A DNA stretch of 64,000 nt from Takakia lepidozioides (taxonomy: Eukaryota > Plantae > Bryophyta), in NCBI GenBank assembly GCA_030704615.1, contig CM060733.1, positions 76,583,551-76,647,550 of the forward strand, in the 5' to 3' direction. Shown piece after piece: positions 51,553 through 62,002 of the stretch. The stretch's first letter is position 1, and every line of letters starts with the position of its first letter. Both the position numbers and the translations under genes were made by a program. The notes beneath the pieces were generated by a model, which saw only the letters and a list, made by a program, of their open reading frames with translations, ran no database searches and was not told the origin of the DNA.

Positions 51553-53422
51553 TCTGGATCTAAGATTTCAATCCATATGAAGCCACAATTTTTCCCAAAA
51601 AAACAGTAGAGTTTCAAGTATGACATTGCACCTGTACACAACTTGCATCATGGCCCACTCTCCTCCAACCTGACTGTCAAAGTCGTTGGACCGTAAAATG
51701 TTACCATCTTTGGAGAACTCCCGGAAAAAACAGTATCTCCAGGTCAGACCTCTCCACTTCCTTATGTATGCCTCCAATGACATTTGGGCAGGGGAAACAA
51801 TCGAAATGTTCAGGTCCTTCAAAGTCTGATCCAGCACAATGACGGCGCGCTTTTCGAGCTGCAAATAGTATATTTGTCAGAATTGCAAAAAAGATACACA
51901 TCACATACTTGAAGAGAAGAAACAGCATGTTCGAATACACACCTGACTCCAAAATGTAGCCTTGTGGAGCCAGTTATCAAACACCAAATCACTGATTCCT
52001 TCCACCTTTGTGCCAGGTTGTATGGTGCTCTTTGGGAACTGATTCAAGTCCTTTACTGTTTGATCTGAGTTCCATATCTCCAGCCACCTTATTTTTGTTT
52101 GTGGGTTGACCATCGATATGGCCAGCCGGTGCAATTTCTCCTGCTGCATCTCCGGATGCACATGCTTGTCATAGTGTGTTTTGATCTGCTGAAGGAACTC
52201 AGGACCAAGTCCAGGATCTACTATTCTAAGCTGCTTTCCGAAGGCTGACATCAATTTGGTTCTTCGCATTTCAAACTCCTTCTTTATTGCAGCTTCCACA
52301 CCCTTTGATGTCCTTAGTTCTTCTGGTGTAGTGCGGTAATATTCGGATTTTCCCTTCTCAGCTGCCTCTGCCAGTTCTTGCTACATTCATTCAAGTAGTG
52401 ATTAGCTCCGAAGGGACTACAAACATGTATTCGAAAAGTAAACAGATTACAGACTCGGGCTTACCGCATACATGTACTCTAGAAACGCCTCTCGTGTCAA
52501 AGAATACCAAGTGCCTGCAGCTCTTCCTGTTTCGCACTTCTTGATGATATTGGGTGGTAGTACTGTCCGAAAATCATCCAGCTTCATCAGACCAATCCTC
52601 TGAATTCGGAATAGTGTGTGAACCAAGCTTGTTGTCACATGCGATTTCTCTGTCGATCTGCAAAAACATTGGAAACATTACATTCCTTAACACTGTTTTT
52701 TGAGGATTAACAAGACACTACAGAGGCAATGAAATCTCCTGGATGACTTACTTGTTCACGTCGTGCATAGCTGTAAGAAGCCTAGCGATGTCGTTTCCTG
52801 GATCCAAAACCATTGCCTCCACAACAACATGCTTGTCTTTGTCTTTCGAATGGTGTTTCTGAATGTATCCCATCCATGCCAGCAATCGGTGGTTGCCGTC
52901 CCAGACGTAGAATATGTGGTTGCAAAATTGATGGGTGTTCTTTCCCATCATGAGGCCCAGCTCGAACTCCTCATTGGCATCTTTCCAACACTCATCCCAG
53001 TTATCACTGATCTCTGGAGACACTAATGTGCTTTTCCCATTTATATCCGTCAGTGACACATAAAAAACTTGTGCACCAAATCTATATCCATGCACAAAAT
53101 CACTCTCCAATTTTGTTATGTCATGGGAAAGAGGTGGACGCACAACAGGCATTGATATCATCCGGCACAGAGGTATGTCCAGACGCCCTCCAGATACGAG
53201 CATGTCCCTTATAACCTCCTGAGAGTTTACCTTCTGGAATGACATGAGTTCTTTCACCTTGTCAAGGTAGTGCACTTCGGATTCATCTGCTTCATCTGTA
53301 TTCTCAGAGCTTTTTGCAGACTCGTCCCCATCTCCAGATCCTTTTCCCTCTGATCCTGTAGGCTTCGACCTCACAGTTTTCTGCACGATGCCATTCAGTT
53401 CTGACTGAGTGATTTGCAAATA

Positions 53423-53743
53423 GTGAATGGCGGTAACGACCATCACTCTGTATCAAGGAAACTCACCATGAATGGTGTGAAAGAATTCAGCACAATCTAC
53501 ACATGCAAAGCTGAGACTGCCGTATTCAAAACAAAAGCGAGAGCGATAGCGAACGGCGTTAACGACAATCACAAAAGATAACGACCTGCCGAATCGGTGT
53601 TGTGTAATGACATACATGTGCAACTGATTGGCGGCAACGACATTCGGTGTAGTTTAGGGAGAATAGTAAGTGCAGACTATCTCTTCAAACACATAAGTAC
53701 ATAAATCTCATGAGGAGAATCGAATGGCGTTAACGACGCTCGC
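53423..53743. repeat. Second intronic cluster of 4 degenerate copies of the same palindrome (intron 1)
   Basis: Copies start at 53423, 53549, 53624 and 53720 (GAATGGCGK-YA-ACGAC...). Confidence 0.8.
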
Positions 53744-54974
53744 AAATCAGTAGTTCCTGCTAAAGAAGGGAAGAGGAAGGACTCCTTGAAAGACAATCAG
53801 ACAGACTTTATGATAAAACTTACTGGCACCTTCTTAGGTTTTGAAATTTGATCCCCTTCTGCAGCTTTCCTCTTCCCTCTCACATCTGCTGGAGTTTCTG
53901 TCTGCGCAAGGGTTTCTTGACCTTCTCCAGGTTCGGCGTTCGGCGTGCTTCCACCTTCTTCAGTGTCCCTGCGAATCATCTCTGCCTCCACAGGCTGGCG
54001 CACTCTTATCGCCGACTGTGTCGCAGCCGCTGCCTCAGTCTCCGTCTGCTCTTGTGAATCAGTCTCCGCGTTCACCTGCTGCCTTGGCCCTGTGTTCTCC
54101 AACAAACGACGCCTCGTCATTTTCTCTCTTGCTCTGCGTCTCTCTCTAAGGGAAGTAAAATAAAGAGATTTTCTTCTCTTTCGTATTCTAGAAAGAACCC
54201 TCTCCAGCTTGACTACCACTCTCCCTCTAAGCGCGAAAAGTAGAAAAACGCAGTGTCTCCCGATTTCTTGCGGGATTGCCTGCGTTCTTGCGTGTCTCTA
54301 GAAGCATCGGATTCCCTCCCGCGTGACCGTTACACATAGTCGTTTCCTTATTAGTGCACATGCCATCAATTGGTGTACAGCTGTTCGTATTCAGTTATGG
54401 ATGTCTGACGTGTGCCGCCCAAAAAAAACGGCGCGTTCTTTATTAGAACGGGTTCAATATTTGAAAAGAACAGCGAATCCCAGAAATTGATGCGCAGTCT
54501 TAAACAAATAAATATAAATGAACGAGAGTTTGATGACAAATTTTGGAATATCATACACGGTCATCCTTGTTAGCCAAACCCCACATTCGTTTCACATTTG
54601 GAACTTTCTACGTGCGCATGATCATTGGTAGTAGTATATAGATACATTTACTTAATCTGCAATCCCATTCTCAGATCCTGTGGCATGCTTCCAGGAAGTC
54701 GGCTTTGTTATTGGGTTTATTGATGAGGTTCTGATTAACGGTTTAACAGTTGCCGACACTGCCCCTAGGGATACTCTGACCACTGGGCCCACAAGAAAAG
54801 TAATTAAAATGGACGACTGCATATCTGGAAAGAATAACATAATATGCACAGTCGTTATCTGAGCTTCCTCCGCCATATTCTCTGCTCATTCTTCAACTGT
54901 GTTCTAGAGACAGCAGTAAACCGATTTACACTAGATCTGCGATAGCAAGGTACAAACATACTCGAGGAAGGAAG

Positions 54975-56874
54975 ATGGCTTCCTCTGAAGCGGAGTTCTT
55001 CTCAGATGACAAACCAGTGCCGTTCTCCCAGGAAGTCCTTGACAATGGATTTGCAATTGTTCTGGAACATGTCTTGGCTACCCGTTTTCAGCTGCAGAAT
55101 GGCTCCATCTTTTTGGAGAAAGAGGTTTACGATCTGAAAGGGAAGTTGGTGAAATATTCTTTCCAAAACCGTGATGAGACGGCTCATATCAGCCAGTGGA
55201 GAGTGTGTCCTGGTCGATACAGAGTACTTGGAGAGCCTCGGCGAAAGTCCCTTGGGTCATATGTGACGCCTGGGACTGCTGCTTCGGTCGTTGAAGACAA
55301 GAGGGAGGTGGTGGTGAAAAAAGAACAGACTTCCTCCACTCATATCGTTGAGCTTTCGGATTCTTCCGATGATGACAAAAGTGAAATTCCAAATCCAGTC
55401 CTTCCTACTGTGGTTGCAGAAGCTGATGAAGAAGAGATTTGTAGTGTCATTCCAAAATTGCGGGCGATGGGAGGAATGGCTGGATTCAAAAGTGAGTTGC
55501 GTGGAATTGATTGGGAATCTTTGAAGCAGGTGCCAGTGAAGTTCTTGCCGGAGACTTTTGATGGCGATATCCTATTCGAGTTGCCTCCTCCTCCGCGAGT
55601 TGGAGGTGTAACAATCATGATGCATGGAATGGACAAGAAACACGACGGGCACCCGTGGTGCAGAACAAAAACATCCAATATTCAGAATGATGACAAGCTT
55701 GTTTTCAGGAGGACAGTTTGCAATGGACACCTTAGGTGTGATAATTTGAATTGCAGACACTTTCTTCAGTCTGGGGTTCATAATCAAAGCGAATGGGAGG
55801 GTCTGGCGGAAAATCCATTTCAGCCTGGGACTGCCCCTCCACCGGCAAACACTTTCGTCTGCAAATTCTGCAAACTTGTGCCATCCTGTTTGGCGCTCTG
55901 CGGAGCAAGAATGTACTATGTTGTCCACCGTTTGAATACAATGACGAGAGCTTGTGTGCATTTTGGATTCCATAACCATCCTGTCTCGAAGGGGGATTAC
56001 AGGGAGAGTGTTGAGACAGTATCGAGGTTGATCAAACAGGAGTTCGGGAGAAACCCATCCGCAACAACATCTGCAATTGCTCTTGGCGCAAGCAAGTCCT
56101 TCTTGGAAAGCCATATTTTGAGTGAAGGAGATTCTGTGGGGACTAAACTTGACGGTGCAGCATTGGACCTGGTCATGGATCATTTCTCCACTTTAAGTTC
56201 ACCTAACATTCGGCATCAGATCAATGCATTGAGAATGGGCTCTGGGATCAGAGGCTACATAGACAATATTTTGGAATTGAAACGAGTGAGCAAGTACGAT
56301 TACATCCAGGACAATGTATTCCTAGGTCAAGGTGCCATCAAAGTTTTTCTTTTCAAAATGTCGACTGTTGGGGAGGGCAGTGGGGTTAGCCTCGTGAAGC
56401 GGATGCAGAAGACTGGGGACTTGCAGAACTGTTTTCTTATGTTTGATCATGTGAAATGAGTGAAGGATTGGACGACAATGGCTTGTCATGTCTACGATCC
56501 AGTGTACCAACGAGTTATGACAATTGCAGTTTGTGACATGCAATCCGAGGATACGGAATCCCAGAAGCTCATGTGGAATTCCCTGATACGTGTCATGGGC
56601 TGCCATGGGCTGCCATCTCCAAATTTTGCAGGTTTCATGGCGGATAGTGCTCAAGCAAATTTCAATGCTATTCGTATTGTCTTCGGATCGGGCGACCCAA
56701 AAGTGCCTATGCCAGGAAGAGAGCGTACATGTCTATTCCATTGGACACAATCTCTGGAAAAACATACAAAGTCGGACATCAAACCAGAGATGCAGACTCA
56801 GCACCGTAAATTGTGCAAAGAGTACAAAGATGCTAGAACAATGAAGGAGGCGGACACTTTGTTCCAGACAATTC
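54975..56874 (+). pseudogene. MULE transposase N-terminal part with GCM-like zinc DNA-binding domain; premature TGA at 56457
   Basis: GCM-like: DGHPWCRTKTSN...CNGHLRCDNLNC...CKFC...C..RMYYV...HFGFHNHP. MULE core: FLMFDHVK*VKDWTTMACHVYD...FMADSAQANFNAI...CLFHWTQSL. Confidence 0.85.
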
Positions 56875-57426
56875 GCCACCAGAGATTCCCTTCCCTGTGG
56901 TGGAGGCGCTTAAAGGGGGAGTATAGCTACAGTAGAGCGAGCATGCATAGGATGAGGGATCTTACTCTAGAGGACTGCAGATCCTAAGGGACAATTCCCT
57001 AAACTTAATCACACACCGTCGATTGAGACACTTTCATCCACACAGGTACACAGAGATGAACACTCCAAAAACCAGCACACCAGGGCTCTCGACCCCTTTG
57101 ATTAAATAGTCTTTTCATCCTTCATCTCAGTGGAATTGTTCCTTGATTGATTTCCTACTACCTCCAAAAAGAATTTCTGAATTCTAACCAAAATGTCTGC
57201 CTGGCCAGATGGCTGTCACTCATTGGCTCCTCATATTGTTATCCAGATGCCATGACAGATAGGCCGCCAACAAGGCTATTGCTTAATATACTACTAGCGG
57301 TTAAAATAAGACAAGTTTACAGGCTCATCAGTGAGCACATCCGTTGTAATAGTCACCTTCATCCCCACAGAGTTATAACATTCATTGATGGGGAATAAAG
57401 ACTAGAGAGGAATCTGGTTCTTCACA
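56875..57426 (-). repeat. 3' LTR (inverted; its last 19 bp remain at 63598-63616 on +)
   Basis: Reverse complement of the 5' LTR with a ~60-bp insertion; breaks at ...GGTGGCG and resumes as CCAGAATCTGGCTTCACA at 63599. Confidence 0.9.
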
Positions 57427-57642
57427 TATGTGAAGCCAGCCGCTGCCCTTGCAAGCGAGCTCCTGCGAGCTGCTGTAATAAACATGTCCAGTGCACCTCA
57501 AGCAAGTGGGATGAAAAAACCAGGACAAGGAAAACCTTGCTCTGCAAGTTGAGCGAAGGATAAAACCTCGTCACTAGAAAAACCCCAAGTGCATGGTGAT
57601 GAGGCTAGCAAAACAGCTACACTACCAGCAAGTGATTACAAA

Positions 57643-60600
57643 TCAAAACAAAGCCAGTCCAAACCAATTTGTCACAATGCTAAGAATCCTCAACAGCAGG
57701 GTCCTCCGTCGCATGCCGCTTGCGAGGTGTGAGATCACATGCCGATTTTCAACATTCAGACAGGTGAGGTCGAACTGCAAACGAGAGGGGATGAGTTGAG
57801 ACACATGAACTGTGTCCTTGAGCGCAGCAGTGAAGGCATGTTGGGGTAACAAACAATATTGTCTCCCAAGAAGGATCTCTGCAATCAAATAGGGCCCATC
57901 AATTCGAAGCTTGGCCTTGGAAACCTGCTTGCCAGGTTGAAGACGAACACACACGGTCTGGCCGATGACAAAACTCTCAGAGTACACCACCCATCGGTTG
58001 TAGTATTTAGCCTGGGCAACCTGAGCCACTGCAATGTTGTGCTTGGCAGTCTCTCGCAAGCTCAACCTGTGAGCAGTCAGTTGTTCCAAAAACAGATCCC
58101 AATCAGGAGGTTCCTGCACTTGCACCTGTAAGACGGGGACATGTAACGGGGTCCTAGCCTTTCTACCATACAATAATTCAAAAGGAGAGAATCGAGTGCT
58201 AGCATGAACGGAAGTTCTATAAGCAAGATAAGCACAGGCAAGGTGATGTCCCACTCATACGTGAGAGCCCCATTCTTTTCCAAGAGCGGCACATTGTCTT
58301 ATTAAACCTTTCAGTGAGCCCATTGCACTAAGGATTATAGGGAGCAGTCAAGCAATGCTTTACCCCCATGTTGAAACAAATGACCTCCATCAATTGGATG
58401 CAAAACTCGGTCCCCTGGTCTGTAAGTATCTCAGCAGGACATGCATGCCTAAGTATGACTTCATCAAAAAAGAATTGCGCCACTTCATTGCTATCCTTAG
58501 CAACCAGAGGCCGGATCTCAACCCATTTGGACAGGTAATCAGTGGCTACTGCAATGTAGCTATTGCCCTTGGCCGTGGTTTTGAGAGGTCCGACTAAATC
58601 TAGGCCAACCCGAGCAAAAAATTCAGTGACAGGGATTGGCTGAAGGGGAAGAGGAGCTTGGGTTCTAGGTAGCAGGGTTTTAGTCTGACAGGGCAGACAC
58701 TGATGAATGAAGGTCGATACATCCTGATGTAGGCCCTTCCAATAGTACTTTTCTTGCAACCTTTTGACAATCTTGTGCACCCCTAAATGTGTAGCATAAA
58801 GTGAAGCATGAAATAATTCTAAGAGAGCAGGTACCAAACTCCTTTTGGGAACCTCCACATCATGTTCTTGCCTTCGAACCAAGAGTACCTTTAATAGCTT
58901 CCCTTCATGTTCCCGATGAGATGGGACATGATAGTTTACATGTCGCATGAGCTTGGGAGGGATGCCAGGTAAGTGAGACTGATGTCTACACTTGTGGAGA
59001 AGAGCCTCGTACAGGGGATCATCCACGCCTGTGTAACACATGACAAGACCCTCACAGGTTAGTGCAAGCTTGACTTGGAGTGTCCGCCCCGGTGAGCTCC
59101 AGTCATAATAGCAAGACCCCAGAAAAAAGGCAGCCTAATGTGAATACAGGCAGATACTTGAGAGCACAACTCTGTCCCAAGGATAGGTGAAAGAAAACAG
59201 TAGGCCAAATCAGGAAAAGAAATAGTAAACAAGGGAAAAACACCAGCCAGTCTTCATTGGTAACAACTAGTTCATGCAGCACCCTGTACAATCTATCCAG
59301 CAGCAAATGACATCAGATCCCATGTGGACATAAGATCTGGTGGTGAAGCCTGTGTGTTTGCAAACAGGGAGAGAAGGTCCTGGCCACAATCCGGAACAAC
59401 AACATTAGCATGGGATACAAATGTAAGATCATCAAGCGTAGTGTAAGGCTCTGGAATTTTTGTTTCTCCCCGAGTTAATATAGTCAAAGATCTGAAGGGT
59501 GAGAGCCCATCGAGCTAAGCGGCCAGAGAGCTCTCGTGGAGTTTTTAGAGCTTTCAGAGGTAGATGATTTGTCTCTACAACAAAAGAGCATCCATGTAAG
59601 TACTGCCTAAAATGCTTAACCCCAAAGATAACTGCGAGACTTTCCTTGTCTGTAATACTATAATTACGCTCATGACGATCTAGCCTTCTGGAAGCATAGG
59701 CTACAACCTGCTCCTTCCCATCTCGCTTCTGGCATAAGATAGCAGAGATAGCCAGATCTGAAGCATCAGTTTGCAAAAGAAAGGGCTCATCAAAGTTGGG
59801 AAAAATGAGCACAGGGGTTGTGGTCAAAGCAACTTTGAGTTTTTCAAAGGCACGCTGCTCATGATCACTCCATAAGAACCTGATATCCTTTACATAACAA
59901 ACGTGTTAGTGGCGCAGCAATCTTAGCAAAATGTATGATAAAACCCCGATAGTAGGAGGCCAGGCCAAGAAAGGCCCTAATACAATTTTTATCCTTGGGA
60001 GTTGGATACTCCCAAATAGCGGAAATCTTAGAGGGATCAGGACTGACACCAACAGCGGGCAACAAATGACCAAGAAAGTGTAACTTAGACATGTATACAG
60101 AGATCGCATTTTTTTTCCTTTACCTTTAATCCAGCTGCTCGTAACCTGCAGAGGACTCTTCGAAGATCCACCATGTGAGCTTTAAAACTAGAAGAGTATA
60201 CGTTAATGTCATCCACATAAACCAGGGCACACTCCCATCGAAGATTACCAAGCACTATATCCATCAGCTGCTGGAAGGTTGCAGTGGCATTACAAAGCCC
60301 AAAGGGCATGGTCTCAAATTGAAACATTCCCATTTTGCAGGTGAAGGCAGTTTTTTCCTTGGCTGAGTCTGTCAAAGGCACTTGCCAGAAACCAGCAGCC
60401 AGGTCCGGTGAGGAAAATGGTGGCTCCATTTAGTTGGTCAAGGGCTTCGTTGATTCGAGGTAAAGGATAGACATCCTTTTTAGTTAGGGTATTCAAACGT
60501 CTGAAGTCAACACAGAACCGTGTGGAACCATCCTTCTTTGCAACCAAGACGATGGGACTGGCCCAAGGTGACACCGTAGGCTTGATGACACCAGAGTCTA

Positions 60601-61105
60601 ACGTCTTTTTTACCTCTTCTTGCATGATCTTCCTCTCCTTCACACTCTCTCAATAGGCATATTGTTTGATAGGTTGACCTTTAGTCACAATGTCATGAGA
60701 AAGCACAGAGGTCCTGCCTAAATCGTGAGACCCCTGACTGAAGACATCAAGATTTTCCTTAATGACAGAATATAACTGACCTTTCTCAGCTTCAGTCAGA
60801 TCAGAGCCCACCTTGACATCAGCCAACACAGCAGCAAAATGAGCCTCTAGTTCCTTGGTGAGAGGTCTTACCTTTGGTGCAGGATCCGATTGAGACAATA
60901 AGACTAAGTGATCCACTTGATCATCAACCAACCCAAGATCTTGCAATGTCAGGGCACTCTGAATTTCTGAGACATCGTCTAGGGCAATGGCTGAAAGGCG
61001 AGCTATTACCTGGCCCTTGCAAATGCGAATGGGAATTCGTTCTGGATTAGCAACCAGCAACCTAAGCTCCCCTCTAAAACCACCATCTAAACACCAGAAG
61101 CGATC
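57643..61105 (-). pseudogene. Gypsy pol: dUTPase-like remnant, RT, RNase H, integrase (frameshifted; protease apparently deleted)
   Basis: RT: SPWASPIVLVAKKDGSTRFCVDFRRLN, MPFGLCNA, YVDD. RNase H: TDASD...YSITDKESLAV. Integrase: HLGV...CLPC, LDLVGP, TDQGTEF, FSPFELLYGR, GPY. Confidence 0.95.
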
Positions 61106-62002
61106 AGGCAATGCTTCTGCAAGTAATGCTCTAGTGACCCACAAATGAAGCATGCAACCTTCCTACCTTTGACCTCATATCGTGTGCCTGTGTGGGTATG
61201 ACCTCGGTGAGATTCGGCAGCGGAGGGCTTGCCAGAGGCTGTGCGCCAAGAACTGTCAGTTCAGAGGGCCTGGAGCTGACTATGCAGCTCCTGCTGGACC
61301 GTTTTTATCTCATCTAACAAAGCAGGAGACCACTCTGTAGATCCTGCTTTTGTAACAACGACGCAATGGCGTGAGCGTAGCACGTGAGCGCGCGAGCGTA
61401 CGCTCACGCAGGAGTGACGTGGCGTGAGCGTACGCTCACGCCAGCTGACGTGGCGTGAGCCTGCACACACGCTGACGTGGCGTGAGCGTCATGTCAGCAT
61501 GCTGATGTGGCGGTAAATGATGACGTGGCACTGTCCGTCAACTGCCACGTCAGCATTAACATGCGCCGCCTATAACCGTGGATGGTCCTATGACCGTGGA
61601 ATTAATGCAGGGAATCTTGCCTAAATAGAATCAAGACGAGCGTTGAGGCCTACAATTGCAGCATCCAACATTGTACAATTACAAATGCTTGTTTCACTTT
61701 TACAATTACGAAGACGACAAAATATCCTCACAAAGTGTGCGCCATAAAGGCTGCCACGAGAAGACTTCCTCCCTCCTCAAATAACAATGAGAGTTATGAT
61801 CATCTTCAAAAGATGATTGTAGTTAGCGACAGCAAGACATGTAGACTTCGAACGGTGCAATGACAAATGTGCACTACCTAAAAGTTGTCACTCAATGCTC
61901 ACTCCGTATAGTTGGAGGCCATATCATTGCACAGCCGACGAATTGATGTGAATTACACATTTCAAATCATGGTCATCCACATACCACATTACATAGTTCA
62001 TG

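Larger units (their letters stand above)
48496..54120 (-). pseudogene. MULE cargo gene: ParB/Srx-like domain plus C-terminal beta-class N6A/N4C DNA methyltransferase-like domain (~10 exons; at least one frameshift near 50135)
   Basis: Exons approx. 54120-53824, 53405-52752, 52657-52465, 52380-51943, 51858-51632, 50697-50047, 49934-49596, 49401-49114, 49019-48832 and 48743-48496, with GT-AG junctions; two junction phases do not resolve. ParB-like: RLDIPLCRM..VVRP....ITKLESDF..GY...FYVWDGNHRLLAW. MTase: ADIVILDIPDG...FLSDAWTLLLF...SGFEVLRTW and KEKSPAFMQILLESCS....VVDLSVSTGATYHACKAGGRSLFGMEGD. Confidence 0.8.

Noticed and set aside
48496-54120. Bacterial/phage contamination or a prophage ParB-MTase
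   Set aside because: The gene has many GT-AG introns and sits inside a TSD-bounded MULE nested in a Gypsy element.
56875-57426. DIRS-like inverted terminal repeats (42417-42907 vs 56875-57426)
   Set aside because: No tyrosine recombinase; a DDE integrase is present, and the inverted orientation is explained by the later inversion.
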